Source of the DNA: Klebsormidium nitens
Taxonomy: Eukaryota; Plantae; Klebsormidiophyceae
Length of the DNA: 64,000 nucleotides
Assembly (NCBI GenBank): GCA_000708835.1
Contig: DF237038.1
Coordinates: 20,901-84,900 of the forward strand
Direction: 5' to 3'
The position numbers were made by a program, and so were the translations under genes. The notes beneath the pieces were generated by a model. The model was not told the DNA's origin. It did no database searches and worked only from the letters and a program-made list of their open reading frames with translations. The stretch's first letter is position 1. Each line of letters begins with the position of its first letter. Shown here piece by piece: positions 34,721 to 46,778 of this stretch.

Positions 34721-37700
34721 CTATTCGTCTTCATCGCTGAATTTGATTGAGTGGCTGGCGAAGTCAATCGGACCCCCTTTGTACGAGCCGCGCTTTTTCT
34801 TGGTCTTCTCATGTCGGAAGTCCCTGCGAAAACGGACGTGTCACATTTACTTATACGCACGTCAGCCAATGCTTTTCCGAGGAAAGATGCTTCGTCTTGT
34901 CCGAACAGAAATCGAAACGATAAGGAATCATACATGCCTCCCTATGCGGACAGAACAGCAGGATTACGGCAGAACTGCTCAAACTAAACACGATGGTTTT
35001 GGAATGGTTTTGATCTGGTCGAGCAGCGTAACGAACCAGAGCATGGGGGGATTTGGCGGACTGATGCTTCCCCTTCAGAATAAGGCTACGCTCAGACTGA
35101 GATAGAAAAGGGCAGAACTTTCAGTAGAGACGTGACTGAGACCCTACGGTCAAACTGAGATAGAAGAGGGCAGAAAATTCAATGGAGACGTGACAAAGAC
35201 CCTGAGTTAGAAACTTAAGAAGGGCAACACGTTGCCATTTCAGGACCTGGACTTACGGTTTCATTATTCCTAAAAATTCGATATTTGAACGGGCAGAACG
35301 ACTCACTTTCCGCGAACTTGGCCGAGGACCTCCTGAGCCTTGGCACCCCACCCCTGCTCCGCGCCACTCTGCAGAGGACCGACTCTCCCGTTACCAATTT
35401 GTGAACAACAGCAAGCTGGCAACTCTTCATTCTGAAACGTTTCTGTGCAATTAAGTCATGAGGCAAAAGCGCTTAGCTGATGCAGTGCGAGAAGAGCAAA
35501 AATTTGGCGGTCCTTGCCTTCATTTTCTTGTTGAATGAAACCAAAAACGATCCTCGCATCTTGCTCCTCGATGACAGTGCTTTCGGCCCACTTCAATCTG
35601 AAGACCTTGACGAATTCTCCATACATTTGAAGGCTTATACGATTAGCTGCCCATAAGCGTTGCCTCAGACATCCAAGGAAGGAGCCGCATCCGCTCTCAA
35701 GCCCGGCAAGGCGAGAGCGCTCGGGGCGGGTACTGCGAATGTTTTGAGAAACGACCCATTTGGACGTCTCATCATCGGCAACGGGCAGTAGATAACGTAA
35801 GTGCGATTCCAAAAGGCACTTAAAGCAATCAGAAAAAGAACATGGAATTTAACAGAGAGGAATGTACGCCAAGTCGAAAATCTGCAATCAAGCAACAGCC
35901 GACGCTTTCACAGCTGCAGAATGACACGCCCAAGCGGACAAACTTAGCAGACAGAAAGACTCATGTCCGGAAAACACAGAAAATGCAAGAACTCGCAAAA
36001 GAGAACTAAGGATGGAGGGCAAGACTCACACCCCAAGATAATTCAAGAACCTTAAGAATGCGGCCGGTGATCAGAGGGAAAATGTACGGCTCTTCTACAG
36101 TGGGTTCACTCCGCGGCCCTACTCAGCGGGCCAAATGGACTGAGCTAAAACATCTGATCCACGAGACCTACAGTTGGCTCCTGAATAAGCTTCCAAAAAG
36201 CTGAAAGAGAAGATACTAAAACGACCACCGGAAAGCCATTGAAAGAATGACGCCAAAATATTCTGGAGGAACGGCGTGATACAAGAAAGAAACGCTGAGC
36301 TGCGGCAAGGAAGGCTCACCTTGGCCCAGTACGAGTTGTTCTTCAACCGGTCGTCCTTGAACTTCACCTACAGAGGGACAGAAGACTATGATCCCTCTAC
36401 AAAGGAGAGGATATGGCTCAGAAGAACAAAACATGCGACCAAGAAACAACTATGTGAACCCGCAGCTTGTTCACTCAGCAAGTCAAAATGGGTCTTCTGA
36501 ATCAAATATTGAAGACCCTGAAACTTAAAACCCCCACGCGCCAGTAGAGTGTCGACCGTTTGACCTGATGAGACTTCCTTGAGATTGCAGAGATGTAGCC
36601 AGGCAGCATGGGTGGCGTCAACTGCAAATCTTCACGCTGAATCTCTTACCTCGTCGATCTTGACTCTTTGGAAGCGGTTCTCCGTCGGATGACGCCCGTT
36701 CTTCTTCCCCGTTGAGGCGGCCTTCGCTTCAGGCTGCCAGAACGGTAGATGATGGGTCAGGATACTCAACCGTAGTCTAAAACATTTTAAAGTTTTCAGT
36801 ACTCGCGGGGTTGATAGAGCCAACGTTTGACCAAGTGAGGGTGACCACCGAGCAACGTAGCGAGTCGCTGACGTCCTGCAAACGTCAGCTGAAAGCTCTT
36901 TCCTCGCTCCAAACATTGCATGGGTGATGCATTACTGGCCAAAGTGTCCGTACACAGTTTGTAAATGTTCCAGGGGCAAACGCACAGTCTTCGAGCCGCA
37001 ATAAAGTATCGCATCACATCGTTTGCGAAGTGGCAAACGCCTCTCTTTGAACTGTAAAGAGTGCATGGACACACACTCTTATATACACTTCGACGTACCA
37101 AAGACTCCAAGGGTACCAAGAACACCAGGCAATCTGCTTCCTATGCGCGACCCGATCGAAGTGCAATTTCCATGACACCACTCTGAGATGCCCAACCAAC
37201 ACAGGGCCCGCTCTAACGGACAGAGTGACGACGCCATGACACGTGCCAAAGCAACCGAGCCCCCAAGACGCGTCAGCAACTTCTCTGCCTTCTTTTCAAC
37301 CCGCTCTTCCAGAACTTTGCAGAGAATAACGGACAGCCCCTCACCTCCTCTTCCACAACTTCCGTTTTCTTTACCGGCGCCGTCTTCGGCGTTGCGGGCG
37401 CCAGCGCCGCCGTTGTCTTTTTCCCCTTCGGCGTGCTCTTCTCCTCTTCTTCGTCCGAGCTCTCCTCCTCAGAGGACGATTCATCTTCTTTTACCGGTGC
37501 TTTTACAGGCGCCGCTTTCGCTTCTTTTTTCTTTGCAGCCGGCGTTTTCGCTGCCACCTTCTTTGCAGGCTCGTCTTCTTCGTCGGACGACTCCTCCTCT
37601 GAAGACGACTCCTCAACGGAAGGTTTCGCCGCCTCTTTCTTCACTTCCGTCTTTGTTACTTGCGTCTTCTTGACTTCCGTCTTCGTCACTTCCGCTTTCT

Positions 37701-40473
37701 TTGCTTCCAGCTTTTTCACCGTCTCCTCTTCCTCGTCTGAGCTTTCCTCCTCGGACGACGACTCCTCTTTCTTCGCAACCGCTTTCGCCACCGGTTTGGC
37801 CGTCTTTCCATTTGGCTTTTGAACAGGCTCAACCTCCTCATCCGAGCTCTCCTCTTCCGACGACGACTCTTCGTCTTTCTTTACCACCACCTTCGTAACT
37901 TCCTTCTTCACCTCAACCGATTTCTTCCCTTCCGGCTTCTTCACAGGCTCTTCTTCCTCATCCGAACTCTCGTCCTCAGACGACGACTCATCTTCTTTGG
38001 CAGCCGCATTCGCCGGGGTCTTTGGCTTTGCCGGAGTCTTCGGAACTCCCAGTTTCGCGGCAACTCCCGACTTCACCGGTGTTGCCACAGGTTCTTCGTC
38101 CTCGTCCGAGCTCTCCTCCCCGGAAGACAAAACGTCCATCGGTTCCACCGCCCCCCCCTTCTTTGCCCCAGGCTTTACCCCCCCGTTCGCAACCACTTTC
38201 TTCGCAACTGGCTTTACCTCCTCTTCCAGATCCGACTCCTCGTCAGAAGAACTTTCCTCCGCCTTCGCAGCCCCTTTTACCGCTTCTGTCTTCACTGCCG
38301 GTTTCGCTGCTGGCTTTTCATTCTCCTCGTCAGACGAGTCGTCCTCCGAGGACTCATCCTCTGACGTGGCTTTCTTTGCCGGTGCCGCTTTCTTCTCTGG
38401 AGGTGCGCTCTTGGCAGGAGTAGCGTTCTTGGCAGCAGCTTTCTGAGTAGTCGTTTTCGTGAGGGGCTGCGCCGGTGTCATTTCCTCGTCCGAAGACTCT
38501 TCCTCAGAAGAGGAGGCGACCGGAGGTGCAGGAGCTTGTTGCTTCTTGGCTGCACACATACACCACAAAAGGACACATTCAGCCCAATGATAGGTGATCG
38601 AGGCACTAAGTTGCGCAGGCTCCTCGGAAAAGCCAGCCTGCCCATGCGGACTACTCTGCTTTTGAAAGTTCTGCGCTTCACACCCACCTCTGATGAGGCA
38701 GATCCCATATCCTGACAGCCTTTAAAACGACTTGATGGCGCGTCAAGTTGCCCTTCCTAAAACTTGCTTCCGCAATATGCAAGCTCCAATACACCCGGAA
38801 GACCCCGCAAAGTGAAGACCCCCCAGAAAAAAAGAGTGACGGCCCTCCTCAAGGCAGCGCCTACACATGAAACCCTCAAACCTTATCCATACTGCGCATC
38901 TGTTCATTATAGAAGTGCGACGCTCCGCTGGAAAACTCCTTACTTCGCATGTCATCAGCGGGATCACACGCACAGCAAACCTCCAAACCAGGTCTTTGAG
39001 AAAGTCACACCTGTAGCGGCCGGCTTTGTCGGCGCCGCCTCCTCATCAGAAGAGGACTCCTCTTCTGAACTTTCCTCATCCTTCTTTGCAGGCACCGCCA
39101 CCCCATTGGCTGCTTTCGCGCGCTTTGCAGCTGGCGCGGGGACCTCTGTGGCTTTCCGCTTCTTGCCAGACCTGAAGAACATCCATATGAGCTCCTTAGC
39201 CAGTGCAGACCATGGTCTTCTGAGGCGTTAGACGTTTAAAGAGGTGCTCTTCTTCTGATAGAAATAAGAGGCACCCTTCTGGCAGAGCGCTTGCTTGATG
39301 CCAGTAGACAACGTTGCAGTACTCAGACAGTAGGGTACTTGGCTTTGGCAATGGGCGGCAGGACTTTCTGCGGGCCCATCTGCTAGACGAGGACTCCAAA
39401 GGCAATGCTGGCAAGAGGGTGTTGAAGCATCAACAGGATGGCTTGCTTGAGCTTACGACCAATCTGGTTTCTGATTGCCCATAGCATAAGGGCCTTGTGT
39501 GAGACACATTACCAGGTCTGGATACTACCACACCCTTCACTTTTAAACAAGGCCTTCATCGATGGGGCCACTGAAAGCCACCACCTCAAGAAAAAGTGGG
39601 CCCATCTAACTCCCTGGAACAAGTCACCTCTTCTGCTGCACTCCCACATTGATTGTAAACCCTAATTTCAAAAACTTCAAGATTGCCTTTCATTTGGAAC
39701 CAGGAGGGGTCTGAGATCTCACCCTGACTTGCTTGCGAGGTAAAAGTTGTAGATCCCCAGGAGGTCGTCCTCTGGCTTCGGCAGCTTCGAAGCAGGCTAC
39801 AATGTGCGGGGCACAAGTTAGAGTGCTGTTTTGCATAGCAAAACATAGAACCATAAAGACAAACACTCGAGCACTCTGCTCTTTGGTGACTGAGGGCTGG
39901 TATCAAAGAAGCCCTGGTATAATCTATAAAAACCTGTAGCCAACCACGTTGGCAATGCACCCCTTCTGAAGCACCCATCGACCCGCTTTTTAGAAAGGGG
40001 TTTGCTTCATGAGTGAGCATGCGCAATGCAGAAAGCTCAAAGCAGCAAAGAAACATGAACGTTGGGCTAAGAGCTTGAAACAACCATTACCAGCATAGAC
40101 TTTTCTGAGATGGTGGTGATAAGTGCTTTTGACTGTACCAACTTAGCCACACCACAAGTCAATGCTGCCTTTTATTGCTGGTAGTCTTTACTATCTGTGT
40201 GCAAAGCCACCTGATATCCGGTGGTGCTTTCTTTGGCCTATTGCTAGCCTATGCATAAGACGCAGACATTGATCCAGGACACCACATTAACCACCGCAAT
40301 ATCCACAGGTGATCACCAATTCATTCCTCAACAAAGCAGCCCAAGGTGGCGCATCGACCCCTCACCTGCGCACTCAGCTCTGTCTTCAAGGCTTTAAGCG
40401 TCTTCTTCAGCTTGGCCTTCTCCAAAAAGTCCAGAAACACGGGGTACAGGTCCTCCGCTTTTGCGGCCGCCAT
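34721..40473 (-). CDS. NOLC1: Nopp140/SRP40-like nucleolar phosphoprotein (LisH-like N-terminus, alternating acidic-serine/basic repeats, SRP40 C-terminal domain); 8 exons
   Basis: Exons 40473-40366, 39796-39729, 39171-39011, 38549-37345, 36733-36650, 36367-36320, 35368-35307, 34823-34721, phase-consistent. Spliced C-terminus FQRVKIDEVKFKDDRLKNNSYWAKSGAEQGWGAKAQEVLGQVRGKDFRHEKTKKKRGSYKGG is the SRP40_C signature; repeated ESSSEEESSDEE blocks. Confidence 0.93.
35096..35225. repeat. ~58-bp degenerate tandem repeat (2 full units plus a partial) in Nopp140 intron 7
   Basis: actgagatagaa(a/g)agggcagaa...gagacgtgac...agaccct at 35096 and 35154; remnant near 35213. Confidence 0.75.
35658..35783 (-). 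ncRNA. U14: U14 box C/D snoRNA, intronic in Nopp140 intron 6
   Basis: Minus strand: 7-bp terminal stem CGTTGCC/GGCAACG, box C ATGATGA (35775-35769), domain A ACATTCGCAGT (35742-35732), GC-rich Y-domain stem (GCTCTC/GAGAGC, CCGC/GCGG), domain B CCTTCCTTGGATGT directly before box D CTGA (35668-35665). Domains A and B match U14 as I recall it. Confidence 0.92.
36878..37026 (-). ncRNA. Candidate box C/D snoRNA in Nopp140 intron 4 with 18S-complementary guide
   Basis: Terminal stem GCAAACG/CGTTTGC (7 bp), C-like GTGATGC (37017-37011), box D CTGA (36888-36885); adjacent GAAAGAGCTTTCAG is complementary (one G-U) to plant 18S CUGAGAGCUCUUUC as recalled. Imperfect C box and 149-nt length lower confidence. 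Confidence 0.45.
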
Positions 40474-41035
40474 TGCTGGCTTACTCTCCAAGACGGCAGA
40501 TGGCTGAATCCCCTGACAATCTCTGAAGGCACCACGAAGATCTGGGTATTTTATGGACCAAAAACCTCTCTAGGCGCTCTGCGCCGCTCAACTGCAGAAG
40601 TCACACGCCAAGGTACACAATGGAAATGCAGGGTTTCCACCTCTTACCGTACTAAGGGTGGTAACGGTCATCGGAAGTGGCCCGGTAATGCTCGTCGTCG
40701 ACGTTTCTGCAAGTGCAAAATTAGGGTTTGCCCACCTGGGCCCGGGGTAGCTGCAAATGCCAGAACACGTTCAGCTAGAAGGCTGCGCCCCTTGAGCGCT
40801 TAGGTTGTTGGATTGCCCAAGTCAACATGCAAAACTCCTCCCCTGCAAAAGGATCACTGGATTCCTTCCAAAAAACCCTTGATAGTCTGCTTTTATCTCC
40901 TTGAAGAAAGCAAGCAAGCTGAAATGTTGCACGTTGCAAAGCATTTCATGAACGAATGAAGCTGAACCCAGTGTGATGATCCTGAGCGAGCTACAGATGG
41001 TGCTCTGGCAGATCAATTGAGCTCATTGTTTGCGA
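40474..41035. promoter_or_regulatory. Compact divergent promoter (Nopp140 / LRR) with telo-box and site II-like element
   Basis: Start codons 562 bp apart head-to-head; TTAGGGTTT at 40721-40729 and TGGGCC at 40737-40742; another AAACCCTAA at 39657-39665 in Nopp140 intron 2. Confidence 0.55.
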
Positions 41036-44000
41036 ATGATGGAGGAGAGCTCAGTTCTCGACTTACGTGGCAAGAAACTCAAAGACGTCACGGAATCTCA
41101 CCTTGAAAGTCTAGGCTTCATCGGAAAGAAGCTGTCAGCTGTTGTGACCCTAGACTTGTCCTTCAACGTGTTCACACGGCTTACGAACTTGAGGGCCGAA
41201 GATTGGCCCGCCTTAAGGGAGCTCAGGGTTGGCTCGAACCAACTCAGTGGGGCACTGGAAGGACTGCAGAGGTAAGGGGGCTGCAGCAAGATATGTGTTT
41301 CACCCTGCTATTGTCTCTTTCAGCTCATTCCTTAGCTGGTGCTGAAGTTTGCCTGGAAGCAACCGGTTGTTTTGAAGGTGGTAATATTTGCAGGATTCTT
41401 GTTTGAAGGAGGTTTCTGGTGATTATGATATTCTGTGATTTGTTTTAAGCCTGCTTTCAAGGTGCACCTTGGGAAGAATCTCATCTGTGACGGTGAAAGA
41501 GGAGTAAGGCGCCTGACGTGATGGAAGGCGTCAGAATTCAGAATGCTGTAAACTCCACATCTGATGAGAAGCATCGTTGTGATCTGTTGGGACTTGTTTA
41601 GCTCAATTCAGTTATATCGATAATCACAATGCTAAGGGTCCTTGAAAAACGCACGCTCTGTGGCATACCTTCATGCCTGCAAGGGTTGTCGACGGGAGCA
41701 CTCCGTGAGAAAATTCCAAGATGACCATGAGTCAATCGGCACTCATTCAAGTTGTACAAGAAGCATCTTGTTGGGCTGGCTTGAGCATCGAGATTGCGGA
41801 GGAAAGGTAGTCAACGCAGGTTTGTGTTCATCATCGTTCTTACTGCAGATTGTCAAAGGAGAAGAGTATGCAGAACCCACAGAAACCAGCTTTCTTCTTT
41901 GTTCCTAAGCTGATCTAAAAGAAGACGCCTTTCGCCCCTGCATGAACGATATTTTCTGCACAATAGCTTGTGGTTGAAGACTGAGTAAAAGGTGTGCTTC
42001 TATCCCACAGGTTCACACGGCTCACAAATCTGGTTCTGGACAACAACCTCTTGACAACATGCAAAGGGCTGGGGGCCCTGGAAACCCTTCAGGTTTTGAG
42101 ACTGGAAGGGAACAGAATCATCGACACTCGGAGTCTTGCCAGGCTCACAAACCTGACGTCACTGGACCTGAGCAGGAACCAGATTAAGAAGCTGCAGGTA
42201 AGCTAAGACCTGCTATCATTATGCTTAGATTCTGTCCGTTGAGGAGCTCCGGAAGGTTCTCCACTTCGATCGTATGTCATCTGCTTTTGAAGGAAGCCTG
42301 CCTTTGTGTTGACAACTGCTTAAGGAAGAAACATGTCTTGGTCAGCTGCAGATACGATCAGTGAGGCAAACGCCCGTCTCCCAAACCAAGGACCACTCAA
42401 AAGCAGCCTTATCATGCCCTCTTCATACCCTTTCGACTCAGTCCTCTTGCTATCTCCTGTGCCGGTGTCTAAATCTAGCCCTTCAGCACAAAGTCGTTGC
42501 TGGTTCGACCCCTGGGGCCTTCGAATTTTCAGTGCTTTTCGTGTGACGAATACGATTCTTTAAATTATGTTTCAACTTCAGGGCTTCTCCAACCTGGTTC
42601 GACTGGAGGAGCTTACCCTCGACCACAATCAGCTGACGTCACTGGAGGGCCTGGGAAAATGCACCGGGCTCACGGAGCTCAGTCTACGGAACAACCGGAT
42701 CGCTGACCTGTCCGGGTTAGCGCCCTTAACCCGGTTGGACGTCCTTCGGCTGGAGGAGAACGGAGTCGAGGGGCTTGAACTTCTGCCGATGCTGCCAGAA
42801 CTCACGGTGAGAGCCGATATAGGAACTTACAATCAGTTTTCTCAATGCTTGTCAAGGGGACACTTAATGTGGTTGTTGTAATCATTCGTAGCTTGAGCAA
42901 CCGCTCGAAGCACTTGCCATTTCGTATTTACAAGGATGACCTGTGGTCGAAGCGCCTTTGGATAGCCGTCGGGCGTCCTTGTGCGGCTACTGGGGCGGAA
43001 AGCCGGAGATGAAACAAGCCTCGTCAACCGCAGCGATATTACTGGCGGGTCGTGAAGCTAAGGATCAAAGCGTCCGTCACTGCAGGTTGATCAACAGACA
43101 CGAATGGCTCTCAATAAGAGCATTCAGAAAATCTCCGTTTGGATGCAGTTTGTAAGGCAACTTCGTTGCAACATTTTGCTGTGGCCAGCTCCGAAACTCC
43201 TCTTCATCTTTTCCCAATCTTGGTGTTGAGGCTGTAGAAAGGCATGACGTCAGTTCTTGGATCGAACGTCATCTCCGACCTGATATCCTCTCGCAGGAGA
43301 TCCACATCGGACGCAACCGCCTCTCGTCGCTGGACGGCCTTTCGGACAAGCTGCCGTCGCTCGAGATCCTGGACGCTGGTGGGAATGCGGTCCCGAGCTC
43401 GGAGATCTGTGCACGCGCGCTCGCGCCCCTCGAGGCGCTTGCGGAGCTGACACTGGCAGGCAACCCGCTGTGCCAGGCTTTCCAGTAAGTGAGACATAAA
43501 ATCCGCTAAGAGATTTGCGAAAGAGTCAGATCTGGCGACTTTGCAAGCCGTGCTGCTCTGTCAAGATTCCTCAAGATTGGCTTAGCGCTCTGTGTGTGTG
43601 TAGAACTTTAGTGAGACTCGAGACGAGGCAAGCTTGGCGCTCTGCTCACAAGCATGGCGCTTTATGACCCTGACGAGTACGTTGATTCAGTCGTCCGTCG
43701 GTTCCTCAGTCGATCGAAATTCAACGCGTCGACCACGTTCGCTTCCTCCTCTTCTCAGACCAACTGGTCATGAATTACCTGTGTTACCGTTTCTCCAGTA
43801 CTTCTTTCTCCCATTGCCTGGCATCGAGAGACAGTCAAGGGCTAAGGACCTTTCGTTGCGCCGCGCGTGTAAGAGGATGCCGAATATTAGCCACCCGTTT
43901 GCAAACAAGGACTCAGGCTTTTGTTTCCAACCTCCGAAACTTCGTTCCTTCAACTACAGGTCGAACCGGGGCTACCGCAAAGCAGCCCGAGAGGCGCTGC

Positions 44001-46778
44001 CGTCTTTGTCTTTCTTAGACGGCTTTCCGGTCTCTCAAGCCGAGGCTCCGCCGGATCAACAAACTTCCGCTGACGGATCCAAAGAGGGAATGGCGTCAAA
44101 CACGGACCTCAGTGGGGACCTCTTAAAAGGTAATGGAGGCAGTCGTAGCCCGCCCAGTACTTGGGAACCTTTAAATGACCCTTTCGCACCGAGCCTGGAA
44201 GAGATGGAGGCTTTCAAGCGGCGGATGGGCATTCACCCGGACGTCGATCCGTTCGGGCGGCCCTCGACGGCTGGCCGGAACTCCGGTGGCAGAACGGAAC
44301 GGGCAACTAATGGAGTTGATTCAGGAGGTGTTCCGGCGCCTAGAAGAGGCAGCGCCGGAACGGAAGCTGGCAAATGGAGTGGGATGTCGAAGGAAGGCAC
44401 TGACAGCGAAACGAGAACGAAATCTGGAATGAACGAAGAAGCGGAAGAGTTGGAAGCTATTGGTAAACCGCAACGATCACGAAGGGAGAAAAACTTCGAC
44501 GAAGCAACGACAGCTGGAATTGAAGCGGCATCTCCCGGCGGGGAGCATCGAACGGAACCGGGCAGCGGAACGGAACCGGAAAGCGCGGCCGCGCGGGCGC
44601 GGCAGAGGCACGTGATGCGGGTGGAGGGTGCGCTTGCTGACATGGGCGAACGGGTAAGGCTGACGTCGAAGCTTCAAAAACAGGTTTCAGAGGACTACGT
44701 TGTCCAGATGTTTCTGCGGTCCTTTCTCCTCTGCGAGTCTAGTTCCCTAAAGCTTTCGTTGTTGGGTGTGGACTGATCTTGTCGAGGTAGTAAGGAGACT
44801 GGGATGAAGTTGAGGAGTACAGGGAACATTTTTTCATTTGGTCAGCAGGGTATGTCTCTGGCTGTTTGAAGGCCTCACAAAGGCATTTCGTTCTCTAGTC
44901 CCAGTGCGTGCCAAAGTTTGGTGATTCCTTGCGAGCAAATCAAGCGCAGATCTGGATGCGAAATGTATATGCAGCCGTGACAAACTTTTGGACTGTACAT
45001 GGGTGCCAAATAGAAAGGCGCTGCTCGCACGCCATTTCTGCTACGAACTGGGCTCGAATCTTGGAGACTTTTGAAGCCGCTACTGTTTCAACTGGTTGAA
45101 ACTTAAGTACCTTGTTGTGATCCATTCACTGCCCCTTGGAAATCGACCAACATTTTTTCTTCTCCACACTGCACACGTATTACCGAAGACAAAATCGACC
45201 AACATTTTTTCTTCTCCTTACTGCACACGTATTCCCGGAGACATAGTCGCAGTCGTTCCAAGCACGGCCGACAACCTTGACCCAAATCGCAACAACACTG
45301 CAAGCCTGAGAGCTTTCGGCCTTCTGCTGCAGCTGACGTCATATCACGCGCACGTGACGTCAGTCATCAGCAACCTGCGGCAGCGCCTAGTGGCGCCCAC
45401 TCTAGACGCGGCCGCGGCCGCAATGCTCGACAACGGTTACTTGGTAGCGGCCACCCGTGCGCTGCCCGCCGTCCCTCAGATCGATCTGGAAACGCCTCCC
45501 GGGGAGGAGGATGACGTCAGCGGAAGAACGAACGACGTCAGCAAGGGTGATGCGAACGAGAGCGGAAGTTTGCGGAGGCTCGGCAGCGAACGGAACGGAA
45601 AAGGAGCGAACGGGACGGAAGGTAGAGTGCCAAACGGAATGGCGGGGGGGGTTGCTCAGAGTGGAGAAGGGGAGGGGGTGCTCAGCAAACAGCGTAGATT
45701 CTCGGGGAAGAAAAGTTATGTACAGGGACTGAAAATTAGGACGGATGCAGTTCCAGCTGACTTGCACGGAACCAGCAGCGGTAGACTTAGTTCGAGCGGA
45801 AACGGAACGGAAAGGTTGCCCGGGAATCCCGAAAGCCGGGGGATCACAAGGCGCCGAATGAGCGCTGATGCCACTTTGGTGAATAAGCACGTGACAGTCG
45901 AGTCGCTCGAGCGGGCCACCAGGATCCTGCCACGTGGCACTAAACGAGTTGGAGCAGACCGGGGGAGCGAACTAGAACGGGCGGCGTTGACGGACAGGGG
46001 ACGAAGGGACAGGGTGAGAGTCCAAGACATGGGCGGAAACGGAAACGGAAATGGAACGACGGTCAGGACTGCAAATGACGTCAGCCTACGCCCGCTCAGA
46101 ACGGGTTTGGCGGAAAGGCGGGCTCCGAAAGCTGTTTGGTTGGAGGAACCGAAGGCAACGGACGATCGGGTAAACGGAACAGGTGGCGAGGTACGTACTG
46201 CGGGGTCGGAAGGTGCTGACGTGAGCGTACCGGACGGCAAGCCGACGGCCGAAAAGGAGAAGAAGACTCCGCGCAGTAACAGCGAGCCAGACGTCCGCCC
46301 CGCTAAAGAAGCGCTGGAGCTCTTCTATAACATGTTCCCGGAATGCGCTGGAGACGGGCGGGCGGATTCCGCCGGGAAGGAGAATCTTGCTGGGGGGACC
46401 GTCAAGCGAGAACGACTGTCCTGGAAGGAGAATCGCAGCGAAAGCACCGCCGTCGGATCGCAGGTGTCTGCGAATCGGACTGCACGGAGTGCACCAGCAG
46501 CTGAATCCATGAAAAAGAGAAGTACTTACGAAGAAATGGGTGTTAAGAACGAAGGGGCGAGGGGTGCTGGTTCCTTCAGGTCAAAGGCCGCCTTTGCCGC
46601 TGCAAGACTAGAAACAGATCCTGGGGGGAAAGAAAGGCCTCTGAAGTTGCCCCTTATTCCGGTTACACCGACCAGCCAAGCCCAAAAGTGCGGACGAAGT
46701 GGCAATAGGAGAGTCTCAAATAGGAATCGACCACCAGCCGATGACAAACTATGTCGCCCCTTCGTGTCTGTCGATTGA
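41036..46778 (+). CDS. SDS22-type leucine-rich-repeat protein with long disordered C-terminal region; 6 exons
   Basis: Exons 41036-41271, 42011-42197, 42582-42806, 43297-43484, 43960-44653, 45333-46778, phase-consistent. Repeated LxxLxLxxNxLxxLxGL units, capped by LTLAGNPLC...YRKAAREALPSLSFLDG (LRRcap). 3' structure less certain. Confidence 0.8.
45140..45245. repeat. ~52-bp tandem duplication in the last LRR intron
   Basis: aaatcgaccaacatttttt(t)cttctcc..actgcacacgtatt.ccg.agaca at 45140 and 45192. Confidence 0.85.

Noticed and set aside
35456-35812. 118-aa minus-strand ORF in Nopp140 intron 6
   Set aside because: Non-ATG start, no recognisable motif, and it overlaps the U14 snoRNA; treated as chance.
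36320-36367. VKFKDDRLKNNSYWAK read as a PHO80/cyclin-U fragment
   Set aside because: It splices in phase with FQRVKIDE and GWGAKAQEVLG...DFRHEKTKKKRG, forming the SRP40 C-terminal domain of Nopp140.
37273-38568. Nucleolin call for the acidic/basic repeat exon
   Set aside because: No RRM or RGG exons follow; the SRP40_C end identifies Nopp140.
38840-38965. C-box-like CTGATGA in Nopp140 intron 3, and hairpins in introns 1, 2 and 5 as possible snoRNAs
   Set aside because: No CTGA at a suitable distance, no convincing H box/ACA pair and no rRNA complementarity that I could recognise.
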